Origin: Octopus sinensis
Taxonomy: Eukaryota
Direction: 5' to 3'
NCBI RefSeq assembly: GCF_006345805.1
Contig: NC_043014.1
Span: forward strand, 35,588,001-35,652,000
Length of the DNA: 64,000 nt
Both the position numbers and the translations under genes were made by a program. Shown here piece by piece: positions 50,142-63,399 of this stretch (position 1 is its first letter; each line of letters opens with the position of its first letter). The notes under the pieces were generated by a model. The model was given only the letters and a program-made list of their open reading frames with translations. It did no database searches and was not told the origin of the DNA.

Positions 50142-50538
50142 CTAGCAGTATCGCCCGGCGTTGCTCGGGTGTAAGGGAAATAACTATATAAGCATTTTTA
50201 GAGAGTTATAGCAAAAAATAGCAAAAAAATGCATTTAAAAATTGAAAAAAAATTAAGGTAAATTTTTTTTTAAATCGTTGACACATCGTAGATATTTTTA
50301 GAGAGTTACTTCCCTTTATTAAAAGCGAAAAAAATGCATTAAAATGGAAAAATATGATGGTAAATTTTTTTTTAAAATCGTAGGACTCATCGTAGACGCG
50401 CGCTAATACCCAGAAGGGCTCGATATGAATCACGACTATAAGATACCCGCTTTTGGTTAACTGCACGGCAAAAATGTGGGAGTAGTTACGAATCTAAATC
50501 GAAGGGGACAGACACACAACTTCACTCTTATATAAAGA
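50142..50538 (-). mobile_element. Non-autonomous Helitron-like element
   Basis: On the minus strand: A|TCtttata.. 5' end, 3' hairpin cccgagcaacgccggg followed by ..CTAG|T, i.e. the TC/CTRR/A-T insertion signature. Confidence 0.8.
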
Positions 50539-50639
50539 TGCTTTTTTTTTTCAGTCATAGAGTTAGATTTATGAAGGTCTTCAGTAGAAAATCCTTCGAA
50601 TTCTGACTCGCTGCTTGATATAATGAAATTCGTATCCAT

Positions 50640-51304
50640 TTTTTGTCAGAATTACAAATTTGAAAACACAATAGGAACAAATTTCGGAAAAAAAATCTCC
50701 CATAATTCACGGAATTAAAATTACACTTCGATTTTTGTACAAAACTGTATTTGAAGTGTTTACGAGTAAATACGTGTTTTCACGAATGTACTAAAGAGAT
50801 TTTACTCTAATATTTCTCATTTATTAAATATGAATAGGTAAATTCGGGCGGTTTGGTAACGAAAGGTTTAATAAGTGTCGTCTGTTTATACATAAACACT
50901 GTTCATACTTTCAGTTTAGTCTTCCTCAAATCACTCTGTCGCTAATTTACTCTTTCAAGAACATTTTCACTCACTGTTATCTGTAGCTTCCCATACATTT
51001 TTACTCATGTATCTATCAGCGTGATAGACAGAAACAATATTACATTTACTTTCATTTATTTGTCGCACACTGTGTGTGTGCGTTTGCGTGTGGTGTAAAC
51101 CAGACTAAGAAAAGCATTTGACACACACACCAGAATGTGAGTTTTCTGTAAATTTTGCTTAATTGGAGTTTAAATTTTAAAAACTGGACCTGGCATGACC
51201 TACTCTAAAAATGGTAGGTAAATTGTAATTGAAGAAATCCTATATTGTAGATTTGTATAACTCCCAAAGGGAGGCACATAAAATCTGCCTTTTATAATAA
51301 GAGA
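50640..51304 (-). mobile_element. Probable second Helitron-like element (5' end only recognisable)
   Basis: Minus-strand start A|TCtcttattataaaaggcag resembles the other Helitron-like 5' ends; the left boundary is a guess. Confidence 0.4.
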
Positions 51305-51489
51305 TATATATATATATGTATATGTATAATATATATATATATAATTATACTATATATATACACATATATACATACATATATAGATATATATAATATATAT
51401 TATATATATATATATATATATACATATATATACATACAATATATATATATAATATATTGCCTATATATGTGTGTGTGTGTGTGTGTGTG

Positions 51490-51660
51490 TTTGTGTGTCT
51501 GTGTTTGCATGTCCCCGTAACTTAGCGGTTCGGGCAAGAGAACCAATAGAATAAGCACCAAGCTTACAAAGAATAAGTCCTGAGTCGATTCGTTCGATTA
51601 AAGGCGGTACTCCGGCATGGCCGCAGTCAAATGACCGAAACGAGTAAAAGAATAAAAGAA
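51490..51660 (+). mobile_element. SINE family A, 3' half with an internal deletion
   Basis: gtgtttgcatgtccccgtaacttagcggttcgg..ggcggtactccggcatggccgcagtcaaatgaccgaaacgagtaaaag. Confidence 0.85.
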
Positions 51661-52067
51661 TATCGTAAAGAAGAAAATGGAGAGTTTGAACATATCATAT
51701 CAGTTTATTTACACTTTGTCAATTGTATAAGCCTACAATTGTTTCCATATCCAACTTCATTCAAGTTACAATGAAAATCAACATTGCATTATGAAATAAC
51801 GAAAGTAGATATTTCTTCAGGGTAAAAATTGACACGAAAGTTTTTATATCCTAATAGATTGGATGTTAATGAGTACACAATCTATTTGCATGTAAACACT
51901 TTCGTGTCAATTTTCGCCCCAAAGAAATATCTTCCTTTGCTATTTCATAATGCAATTTTAATTTTAATTGCAAATTTTAATTGTAACTTGAATGAAGTTG
52001 GATATGGAAACAATTGTAAATAAACTGATATGATATGTTCAAACTCTATATCTTCTTCTCTATGATA
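51661..52067. mobile_element. Foldback/MITE-like element with ~175-bp imperfect inverted arms
   Basis: gagtttgaacatatcatatcagtttattt, tacaattgtttccatatccaacttcattcaagttacaat and aaaattgacacgaaagt each recur as reverse complements on the right side. Confidence 0.85.
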
Positions 52068-52124
52068 TATTAAAACATATATACCCAAATACATCGATGA
52101 GAAACACTCCTGAAATATATACGA

Positions 52125-52487
52125 CTAGCACTATGACCCGGCAACGCCGGGTCATAGTGCTAGTGCATGCATATATAGCTGCATGCGTGCACACATACAC
52201 GCGAGTACTGTTCAAATCTCCGACCAATCACATACAGCTAGCTGGCATTCAATTGGCGTATCAAGTTTTAAGCCCTTTTGATTGGGTTTTGGATAGAAAA
52301 TTCACAAAAAAGTTACTTCTATTAATTTTTTAATGGCTTTGCGGGGTGACTGGGGAAATGTAAAGATGTGCACGACCACCCTTGGGCGGTTTTGAATGAT
52401 CATAGAAAGTGCGAGCCCTCTAACTGAAGAATTGTGGATTTGTATAAAGGACATACACACAGATATTTTGCCGTTTATATATAGAGA
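52125..52487 (-). mobile_element. Non-autonomous Helitron-like element ending in a perfect 41-bp palindrome
   Basis: Minus-strand 5' A|TCtctatatataaacggcaaaat; 3' end lies in actagcactatgacccggc-aac-gccgggtcatagtgctagt (52124-52164). Confidence 0.72.
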
Positions 52488-52574
52488 TTATACTGGAGTA
52501 CGCTTGGATATAAACATCCCTTCAAAGAGGAATCTTTCTCCTCACAAAAAATTATATATATATATGTGCATATA

Positions 52575-52730
52575 CTGCATGGTTGTGTCGTAAGAAATTA
52601 GCTTCCCGATCTCATGGTTTTAGGTTTCGTCCCACTTCGTGCTATCATGAGCAATTATCGTCTCCTATAGAACCGCGCCGATCAAGGGCTTCTGAGTGGA
52701 TTTGCTTGGCAGAAATCTGTGTGTATATGA
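52575..52730 (+). mobile_element. Old SINE family A head
   Basis: ggttgtgtcgtaagaaattagcttcc..ggtttcgtcccacttcgtg..ctatag..gagtggatttg. Confidence 0.6.
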
Positions 52731-52902
52731 GTTCGTGTGTATGTGTATGTCTTATGTATGTATGTATGTATGTATGTATGTATGTATGTATGTATGTATG
52801 TATGTATGTATGTATGTATGTTGCTAATTCTGTACAAAACATTGTAGATCTTTAGTTGGGCTAAAAAGTCACATTCGATCACAGCATATATATACACACA
52901 CA

Positions 52903-52959
<57 letters not shown>

Positions 52960-52960
52960 T

Positions 52961-52991
<31 letters not shown>

Positions 52992-54039
52992 GTATGTATG
53001 TATATGTGTGTATGTGTATGTGTGTTTGTGTGTCTGTGTTTGCATGTCCCCGTAACTTTGTGTGTATGTATGTATGTATGTATGTATGTATGTATGTATG
53101 TATGTATGTATGTATGTATGTATGTATGTTGCCAATTCCGTACAAAATATTGTAGATCTTTATCTGGGCTAAAAAGTCACATTCGAACAGTTAAGCTTCG
53201 TGCAATGGCCATACTCGATAACGAGGGGGCAGCCATCATGTATGTACGTATGTTCACGTGAGCACACGGGTGCAAAACAGAGTGAGCAAAATACAACGTA
53301 AAGTACTCTGTAATAGTTTGTGAAATAGTTTTTCATGCTACAATAAATCAGAAATCGTGTGTGTGCGTGCGTATGCGTACGTGCGCACGAGTGTACATAT
53401 GTATGCGCATTTATTCATACAATCTGCAACTATTTTTTTAAAGAAAAGCCTCCAAATTCGCACATGCTTTCATAACACTTCTGACTCCCACACCTCTCTC
53501 CTTTTCTGTTACCGAAACTCGTTTTTATACGATCTTACATGTCTTCTTCTGTCTTTACTCTCTCTTTCTCCCTCTTTCTCTCTCTCTCTCTCGCTTTCTT
53601 TCTTTGTTTTTCTCTACCTCCCCCCTTTTCAATATTCTCTTAGGCCTTCTTTGTCTCTTCCTTTCATTTTTCATTGCTCCCCCTCTTCTCCGACTCCTTA
53701 TCATTTACGTTATAACTCATACTTTAACTCGTTCTAATTCTTTCTCTTTCACTCCTTGCCTTCTCTTTCAATACCATCGCTAACATCAACGATAGCAGCA
53801 ACAACACGAAGAGTACCGCTACCAATCTACCCCTCTACAACTAATTTATACTTGTAACTCATACCCAACTACAAAATTGTTACCATTCCACAACAAACCT
53901 CACTAAACCATACTGTTGTTGTGCCGACAAAAACATGAAAGCAGGGGAAATAACTCTTGTGTTAGTTACCCGGCTATCTGTGTCGCTCTCCAACACAGAA
54001 AAGGTATAAAACGTGATGCGAACTGATTGGGAGCTAGAA

Positions 54040-54350
54040 GCATCACTAAGGCTTGGCTCGGTTTCATACACTTGATGGGGCTGGGACCACTACAATTTAG
54101 TGGTTCCAGAGGTGTCATCATGCGTTGAGTCAACCAATGCTCTCCTTCGCTGGCGGTCCCGTGTTAGCCCTTATGCATATTCCAAGGTGACTGCGGACCT
54201 CTGAAGATATTCCTCAATCCCATCCAGCCATCTAGTGCGGGGCCTCTTGGAGCCAGCAACTGTTGCATCGAATAGGAGTAAAAGCCCTGGTAGGATGATC
54301 TAGCGGGGGACGTACCAGCGCATGCGACGGATAACAGATCTTGAAACAGG
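54040..54350 (-). mobile_element. RTE-type LINE 3' fragment
   Basis: Minus translation ..GSKRPRTRWLDGIEEYL..RDRQRRRALV.., typical of RTE ORF2 C-termini. Confidence 0.6.
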
Positions 54351-54453
54351 ATTAAAGAGAAACAAAAATTGTGTTGCATCCTTTAAACCCATTGAAGGGT
54401 ACAACAACTAAACAACTCTATAACACAAACACTACTCTACAAAGTAGGATACC

Positions 54454-54685
54454 TATTTCTTTATTACCCACAAGGGGTTAAACATAGAGGGGGAAAAACA
54501 AGGACAGACATAGGTATTAAGTCGATTACATCGACCCCAGTGCGTAACTGGTACTTAATTTATCGACCCCGAAAGGATGAAAGGCAAAGTCGACCTCGGC
54601 GGAATTTGAACTCACAACGTAACGCAGCCGAAATACCGCTAAGCATTTCGCCCGGCGTGCTAACGTTTCTGCCAGCTCGCCGCCA
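54454..54685 (-). mobile_element. SINE family B monomer with an 18-bp TSD
   Basis: tctacaaa(g/a)taggatacc at 54436-54453 and 54689-54706. Confidence 0.93.
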
Positions 54686-54908
54686 TAATCTACAAAATAG
54701 GATACCATGCTGCAATGCAGTACACCATGGGGTCTACATTTCATTGTAGCACACTTACACTATACTGAAGGATATCCCATTAGGCTCCATGGTACTACGA
54801 TACGGTATAGTCAAACATATAAAATATAACATCATAGCGAAACACGCAACATTTAACCACACTAGATATTTTCATATGACAACATGTCACACTAAGTATA
54901 TTATACAG

Positions 54909-55200
54909 GGTAAAGAGTCCCTTCGGTCACGAGTGACCATGAGTTTGCACCTAGAAAGTTTCCCTCCAAGGCACAAATCTAGGCAAGGTTGCTTGCAAAG
55001 GACCAGCAGTCGCCCATGCATATCAGTCTCCCCACTCAACATTACCGATTTTGTTCAAGAGAAAGACAAAGACCGATACTGCTTGGCACCTGTGATGTCA
55101 CCACTTGTTTCTACAGGTGAACTAGATCAACGTGAAATAAAGTGTCTTGCTCAAGAGCACAACACACAGCCCGGTCTGAGAATCGAACTTACAACCTAAT
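54909..55200 (-). mobile_element. SINE family D
   Basis: Homologous to 27361-27682 (cccttcggtca..tgcacctagaaagtt..gaaataaagtgtcttgctcaagagcacaacac). Confidence 0.82.
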
Positions 55201-55399
55201 GATTATGCACTACATTAATATGCACTACACCATATTGTTTTACTCTTGTACACTACACCACATTGTTCTACACTTCACTTTATCACTAACATAATATCAA
55301 CCCTCTGCTATAGCACAGAAAAATCCTTATTAAACATTAATAAAACAAACCAAAGACAGGGATTCAAAATGAAAGATAGTGGTCTTCTACTCAGAGTAT

Positions 55400-55795
55400 G
55401 ACTTTGTTCTAATTCTCCTATCAAACACCAGAAAAGTGATGGAAAAATTCAAAAGCTCAAAAATCTCAAGCCGAACTTGTTGATGACGCTTGTCAGTGTT
55501 AATCTGACAGGTGAGGCACGGACAAGCGCCTTACCACACCGATGCATAGACATCAACTTCTATCTCATGTGGTACATCATAGAAAGGATGGGTAAAGTGC
55601 TTGACATAGGCAAGGCAATGATTAATATAGATCAGTCAAAAACATTTGATAGGATTGACCATTCATATTTGATGGCTCTAATCACGGCTGCTTGTTTCGG
55701 TCCCGTCTTCAGCGGCTGGATCGCTACCAATGTACAGTGATATCCGCTCGTTGATGAGAATAAATGGTCGTCTATGGGAATCGTTCGGTATCATG
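55400..55795 (+). pseudogene. L1/Tx1-type reverse transcriptase fragment
   Basis: ALPHRCIDINFYLMWYIIER..MINIDQSKTFDRIDHSYL..ACFGPVFSGWIA..RINGRL, matching the LDQxKAFDRVxH / GFG..F..WI region of L1/Tx1-clade RTs. Confidence 0.75.
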
Positions 55796-56074
55796 TAAGA
55801 GGACGACGATCGCATTACAAAGGTATTTACAGTGTTCCATGAAAATCATATGACTGACTATCTGTGAGGTTTTAGAAATAGTAAGCATCTGTAAAAGTGC
55901 ATGTTACATGACTTAAAAAGAAAACTTGCTGATGTATCATGTTCCCCTAAAATTTGTATTGCGTCTGCTGACAGATGCAAAAAAAAAAAGAAAAAAGAAA
56001 CCTAATTTGCAGTTATTTAGCAGTTGTTTTGTTCGTTGGAATGCTGATGAAAACTCTCTGAAGAGTTCCTAATA

Positions 56075-57348
56075 TTAGGCCATCCCATAAGTTCTGTCCG
56101 ATTTTACCTTTTTTAAAATTGAATGAAATTTAATAGTATTTTAGAATGTCTAATGGAATTATAAATTATTTTTAAGCATTTGTGTACACTTAAACTAATT
56201 AAATATTATTTTACAAAATAATAGAAATAAAATTTCTTTGATTAAAACCCTTTCTAACATGGAAGTATCCAAAGAGTATTGAAGGCACATAATGCTTTAT
56301 GAGTGCAAAAAAGGAAACTCTGCAGCCGAAGCGACTCGAAACATACACTCAGTTTATGGGAAAGAATGCTTGAATGAAAGAACTTGCAGAAAATAGCTTG
56401 CAAAATTCAGAAGTGGAGATTTCAGCCCTGGAAATGAAGATCGAACAGGACGTCCAGTCGAGTTTGATGCATTACTTGAAGAAAATCCTGCATTATCAGT
56501 TGAAGAATTGACAATAAAGCTTAGTTCAAACCAGTACAACTGTTCATCGTCATCTTCAACAACTTGGAAAGGTTCCTAAACTTGGAAAATGGGTGCCTCG
56601 TGAATTGTCCGAAAGCATCCGCAAATCCCGAGTTGACATCTGCTCTTCTCTCCATTCTCGAGAACTCGTTTTATCCTTTTTGGATAGACTTGTGACTGGT
56701 GACGAAAAATGGATCTTCTATCGAAGTGTTAAACGTCGTAAACAGTAGCTTGGTAAAAGGGAAAAGCTCAACCACAAACGGGAAGGGAACTTCATGGGAA
56801 AAAGGTTCTTTTCTCTATCCGGTGGGATTGCAAAGGAGTAATTCACTTGGAATTGTTACCACCTAATGCAACAATCAATGCTCAAGTCTACTGTCAGCAA
56901 TTAGAGCGTTTGAACCAAGCTTTGAAGAAAAAAAAACACGCTTTAGTGAATCGAAAAGGAGTGACGTTTCATCAGGACAATGCGCGACCCCACACTGCAA
57001 AGATCACATCACAGAAGGTCGAAGAGCTTGGTTGGGAAAAAAAATTATCATACACCTTATTCTTCCGACCTTGCTCCTTCAGACTACCATTTGTTTCGTA
57101 GTTTACAGAATTGTTTGGGGGACATAACCTTCGCAAGCCAGGAGGAGGTCGAAACTGACATTTCAGAGTTCTTCGCTTTGAAACCAAAAGAGTTTTACAT
57201 TTATGAGATTAAAAAGTTTGTAAATAGATAGAAAGAAGTCATAGACAATCAGGGAAAGTACATTGATGATTAAATTTCAATTAAATATAACATTTGATAA
57301 ATTGTTTTCTTTATTCAAAATTCGGACAGAACTTATAGGATAACTTGA
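56075..57348 (+). mobile_element. Full-length decayed mariner (DD34D; cecropia/mellifera-like)
   Basis: TA|TTAGGCCATCCCATAAGTTCTGTCCGA ... TCGGACAGAACTTATAGGATAACTTGA|TA terminal inverted repeats. Confidence 0.93.
56259..57273 (+). pseudogene. Mariner transposase pseudogene
   Basis: RHIMLYE..KGNSAAEATRNI, GKWVPREL, LVTGDEKW, FHQDNARPH and YSSDLAPSDYHLF: all three catalytic Asp motifs present, with stops and frameshifts. Confidence 0.93.
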
Positions 57349-57869
57349 TATGAAGAAATGTAGGTTTCAATGATTGCAGTGTCAAAACATAAAGATTGCT
57401 TCTTCGTCAATCCAGGTGATCATTGAGAAAGGCAGTGCAAAGAAACAGACATGTGATACAGCTGACTCTCTCCTCCAAGCCATCGTACCTTTAAATCTAG
57501 CTCCAACAGTTTTTTTTTCTTAAATTATTGTATCCCCAAATCTATCCGAAAGTTTACATATTTCAAGTAATAGAAGAGATCGAAAAAATTCGCTGCGAGA
57601 ACTGCTATCAACCATTGCAGCGTAATCCAGTACATGTTCATAACTTAGGAAACCTCGTGGAAGTGGTGTGTCATGAGTGGAAGCAAGTATTTTGATGAAG
57701 ACAAGATTAAATAGTAAGTAAATAGAAAAAAATCTGCTTTAAAAGAATTGTTTATTTTTGGAAAGACTGTATTTGTTTGCGCCTGCGTGTGAAAGTATAT
57801 CTGTGGATATATACATACATGCATGTTTTTGCGTATGTATGTATGTATGTATGTATGTATGTATGTATG

Positions 57870-57901
<32 letters not shown>

Positions 57902-58039
57902 AGTTCCAACAGAGAAACCTAATTGTTTTTAAACGAATACATTATTGGCAAATATTCGCAAAATTTATGGATTAAATATATAGAACAATGTATGGCATTT
58001 ATAAACATAAGTAACACATAAGTAATTGTTCATTTCCTT

Positions 58040-59150
58040 TTGAGAATAAACCAATCGAGATACCTCCCATTGGCTCGCTCATGTACTTGTTACCTAGCCT
58101 GGAGATTCTGCACTGAGCGCCGCGTTTTCTCTTGAGGTATTACTGTACTTTTCCAATGAATAGAACCTTTATTTCAGCTGATATACGCACTCTATTGAAG
58201 AGAACATTCTCTTTGAGCTACTCTCAAAGAAAATAATCACAAACCGAAAGATCAGGCGTCCGAGCAGACTACAGCATGTCACCGCTCTGGGAAATGTCAT
58301 GGACGATAAACATTTCGTTAATGACGCCCATGAAATGTCTTAGCGTTTGGGCAGTCGCTCTTTATTGTTTGAACCATTCATGCCACACTTTGATGCTAAC
58401 TTCTCATGTCTTCACTTCTGGGAAAAACAAGTTCTGCAACATTAATAAATAGCGATCAGCTGCATGTCCTCTCTCTTCAAATAAACATGGCTGTTTTCTA
58501 CTGAAGTTTGTCACACGGTGCCTGCCACACAATTACACATTTACAGTAAAAAGGACGCCCACAAAGTTGTCGTGGATCACTTTCCGACAAAAAGAGAAGT
58601 TTTGCTTGTTTTTCAAATAAGCTTAGTCACTCATGAGAAGCCAACTATTCCTGTTATGATCACGTTTGCTGCAAATGCTTTCTGCCTTTCCTAAACACGT
58701 AGATTTATTTCTTGCACAATTATGAACTAATGTGTTTGATAATCGAAATTAAGGTGCATAATCTTTCACATAAAACGATCTGAAATAGCGAGAGCAAACA
58801 TCTTACTTCAATCAATGTAAACAACGGTTGTTCACTATATTCCTTCTAATGGTTTCCTTATACTCTGAAACTCGAATATATCGTACGCTTTCCGATGGCA
58901 TCTTTCTCAATACTGAATTTGTCAACGTGATATTCTCTACACATAACTATAACGTTATCCAGTTAAATATTCTTCTATGTTGTCTTACAGTTAGTCGGAC
59001 ACAGTCGCTCGCTTCGAAATGCAAACAAAACTTCCGCTGCATTCGTGTAACCGTATCAATGCATATAAAATGAACGTTTCAGTCGTAAATATTTTTTGCG
59101 TTTTGTTCTTAAACTCTATACAAATTTCATTAATGCTGTGCCATTATTTT
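58040..59150 (-). pseudogene. Highly decayed Tc1/mariner transposase, rosa/DD41D-like
   Basis: Minus-strand relics VTRMQRKFCLHF (HTH), WFKQ*RATAQT (WFQQDGATAHT-like) and SARTPDLSVCDYFL (WPARSPDL..CDFFLW-like). Confidence 0.6.
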
Positions 59151-59258
59151 TATAATTTTTGTGGAATTGTTTAATGTGCTTCTAACATCTAAATTTCAGG
59201 GCTAGCTATGTAAGACACCCTCTTTCACACAGACATGCACACACATACACACACACGC

Positions 59259-59289
<31 letters not shown>

Positions 59290-59386
59290 TGTATGTATGT
59301 ATGTATGTATGTATGTATGTATGCATGTGTGTATGTATGTATGTATGTATGTATGTATGTATATATGTATAAATGAATGTATGTAT

Positions 59387-59756
59387 CTCTCTTTTCTCTC
59401 TTTTACTTGTTTCAGTCATTTGACTGCGGCCATGCTGGAGCACTGCCTTTAGTCGTGCAGATCGACCCCGGGACTTATTCTTTGTAAGCCCAGTACTTAT
59501 TCTATCGGTATCTTTTACCGAACCGCTAAGTGACGGGGACATAAACACACCAGCATCGGTTGTCAAGCAATGCTAGGGGGACAAACACAGACACACAAAC
59601 ATATACACACGACAGGCTTCTTTCAGTTTCCGACTACCAAATCCACTCACAAGGCATTGGTCGGCCCGGGGCTATAGCAGAAGACACTTGCCGATGATGC
59701 CACGCACTGGGACTGAACCCGGAACAATGTGGTTGGTAAGCAAGCTACTTACCACA
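59387..59756 (-). mobile_element. SINE family A
   Basis: Near-consensus; shares the gacaggc and ccaatgcc variants with the 35786/36704 copies. Confidence 0.92.
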
Positions 59757-59961
59757 TTTTCTAGATGGTGTAGTTTAATTATTCATTTTGAATTGATAAA
59801 AGGTGGGGTTTTTTCTAATATTTTATATATATATTATATTGTGTGGAATTTGATTTAGTATTTCTAAATTGAATTCTTTTTCCTTGTAAGTTTGGATTTT
59901 ATTCCCGTAAATAATAATAAAAATAATAATAATAATAATAAAATAATAATAATAATAATAT

Positions 59962-60042
<81 letters not shown>

Positions 60043-60063
60043 ATATATATAGATATATATATA

Positions 60064-60105
<42 letters not shown>

Positions 60106-60847
60106 TCGTATATACATATATATATACACACACTCGTATATACATATATACATACGTACATACGTACATATATACATAAATAATTTTTTATAGGTTTGTC
60201 GATAAATGCTGAAGCACGAAACTCTCAGCCCTAGTGTCACTCTTATTTCTGCCAAATATTACTGACATATATACGTGTGTGTGTGTGTCTATTTGTGTGT
60301 ATGTGTGCGTGTGTGTGTATGTATGATGATTCTAACTTGTGCTATTGCTTGATATACAATGCTTTGATAACTGACTTTTACGCTCCATTGACCAGATTTT
60401 GCAGTTGATTTCATCACAAGAAACAGAACTGGGTTGGTGACAAACAATTTCAACTGGTTAAAATCTGTTAATGTTTTGCAAAATAAGGGATATTGCAACA
60501 TAAAATTTTAATATGATTTTCGTTAAATATTTTTTTTCATACTTACGTTGAGTATGGAAATGTTTATTTAATATAAGAAATTTTTAATGTGATGTAACTA
60601 CGACTACATTGCAACCGGTGTGCGTTTATTTCAGAGTTGTTTTCTAACCTGTATATTGTTTTTATCAGTAATCATATTTTTGAGGAATTCTGAAGATAAT
60701 AAAAATGCCGATTTCTAAAGTTTTCCTCTCTATTTTTGTTTCGTATTGTGTGGTGATAAGTATTGCAGTTGTTCCTCGACATAAGTGCATGGGGAACCGG
60801 TAGTTGAAAGTCGTATATGTACAGCTAATACAATATTTAAGGCCATG

Positions 60848-61061
60848 AAGGCAGCGAGCAGGCAGAAACGTTAGCACGCCGGGCGAAATGCTTAGCGTTA
60901 TTTCGACCGCCACTGCGTTCTGAGTTCAAATTCCGCCGAGGTCGACTTTGCCTTTCATCCTTTCGGGGTCGATAAATTAAGTACCAGTTTCGTACTGGAG
61001 TCGATCTAATCGACTGGCACCCTCCGCCAAAATTTCAGGCCTTGTGCCTAGAGTAGCAAAG
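60848..61061 (+). mobile_element. SINE family B, variant tail, with TSD
   Basis: Tail ..aaatttcaggccttgtgcctagagtagcaaag; aatatttaaggcc(a/c)tgaag at 60832-60850 and 61062-61080. Confidence 0.9.
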
Positions 61062-62697
61062 AATATTTAAGGCCCTGAAGTTTACAGCTAATACGTCTGT
61101 AATCGAATCTCCGTCTGCCTTAATTAGCATGTTATTGATAAAAAACCTATTTAATTTTAGTGCTGTAGCATATAATTTTTGTTAACTTATCGTTTTTTAT
61201 AAATATTTTATGCTTCTCATTTTTTCTATAGTTAGTATGCATTTGATTCATACAACGCATTCCGTGTGACTTGTGTAATTCTAATACTTATGATGACCAA
61301 CGTATTCACTGTAGCGTCGTTTCTTCTTACGTTGTTCTGTTACTTCAAATTTCGTTTGTTAGAATACTCATTGCTGACAACCGTTTGTAGTATTTTATAA
61401 CTTCCAGATGCACAAAGATTACATATAACTTTTAATTTCCATAGTAGACCTAGTTAAGGATAATACGTATAGTATATGTCACGTCATCTGTTCTTAAATT
61501 CTATATGAATTTCACTAACGCTGTGTAACTATATTTTATAATTCTCGTTACATATGGTAATAACATCTAAATTTGTTGTTGACTAGTATTTGCATTATTC
61601 CGTGTATTTCTTTATTTCATACTCCGTTTGTGGACTATAAGTTAAATTCTCTTCTAAATATGGGTTTCGATACTAACATATTTTATCTGTATGATCATTC
61701 ACTATCTCAGTGTAAGTACATGCATGTATTTATATCATTGGTATAAACTGACGTGATACGTTTGTTTTGTCGTTCTAAATATTTGTCTCAGAATGGAATT
61801 GCAATGTGCTTTCTGAATGTCGAATTTCAGCACGGACTGTTTTCTAGTTTTGTCTTTACTTTTTGGACACACACTTTGTGTCCATTAAGACAGGTATATT
61901 ATCTACATACCTGGTATTATTCGTATGTTTGACATTACTTTCCTTTTTTATTGTAGCTCGCAGCTCCCAGAGGAGGCCCCATGGCTACTCAGTTTTTTCT
62001 TCATAGAATTTCTATCGTTTATTCGGGCGGTGGGGTGGATTTAGTGTCTATGACCAGTTACATGGCCTGATAGCAGATGAGGGTGGAAAGGAGGGAAGGT
62101 TTTATCTTGAAACAAGATTCTTGGCCCGAATGCTTTCATCGAAGTAGACTTCATTAATGATTCACAAGATAAACCGGGCAATGGATTAAATCAATCACTC
62201 CAATAGGCTACAGCGGAATTTGAACTCAGAACACAGAGCCAAACTAAAATACCAGATGGTGCCTAGTCTGACATTTTTACAGCTCCTGCAATTCAACATA
62301 ATGGATTGGTACATTTTTTTTTATCGATGCCCAAAAGAATAAAAGATCAAGTTAAATTCGGACGTCTTTGCTTCGTGGACATTGAAAGAGAACTGCTGTT
62401 CCCTACTACACCTATGTTTTATTCAGTATGTTCAGCTGGAATCGTAGATGTTTTCTTTCGTAAGTGTTTGTATACAATATCTAATATGATTTCTTTTCTT
62501 TCTGCCTCTAGAACTTTAATAAATTCACTGCCTACCTCTAAAGTGGAAGTGTTGCTTACTTCGTCGGTTTTTCTAATGCCTTCAGAAATACTGAGCGTCA
62601 AAACCCTCCGAGAGTCTTTGATAAAAAAAATTCTTTAATAACATTATACTTATGTTCCATTCGTATACCATCATCATCATCATTATTATTATTATTA

Positions 62698-62740
<43 letters not shown>

Positions 62741-63324
62741 GAGTGAGAGAGCAGTGCATGCCATCAAAGTGACATTGGGGTAAAATATACGAAGCCCAGT
62801 ATACCCATCATGACTACCCGTCTGATAAGGGTACATTAGGCACATACATTACAACCATGTGTGCGCGACATGGCGATCTCATAGCAAGATAAACAGCACA
62901 TGACCTTGCAGGTGGGGCCCAGTTAGAATTTTCTTCTGGTCGAGTAACCCATCCCGCTCAAAAGGCCCCTGAATAAGGGTTGTTTAAGGATGTTGAACGA
63001 ACCACCCATGTTTCCAGAGGTGAATTATTCAAACCCCAAAGAATCCCTCTCATCACATGGCTATGATGCTCCCCCACTACTTCTGCTTGTGATCAGCGAT
63101 GCACATATCATCAACCACTAAGGGACATGGTCAACTGGTTATGGTCAACTAACTGACAAGCAAAATCTGTGGTATTGAACAGAATATTTGCTGTAGCGCA
63201 TCTTTTACACCAAGACAAAAATAATGCACATGATAACACTTCCAATCAGTTAAGATCAGAAGCCATGAGAGCCACTGCCTGGTACTGTATCAGGGCATCT
63301 ATTCTTCTTCTTCTTCTTCTTCTT

Positions 63325-63355
<31 letters not shown>

Positions 63356-63364
63356 TTATTATTA

Positions 63365-63399
<35 letters not shown>

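Noticed and set aside
50545-50639. Minus-strand peptide MDTNFIISSSESEFEGFSTEDL
   Set aside because: Resembles acidic SEFEGF motifs of some transposon proteins, but too short to assign.
56043-56072. CTGATGA followed by a small hairpin next to the mariner TIR
   Set aside because: No GAAA after the stem, even when the mariner is removed.
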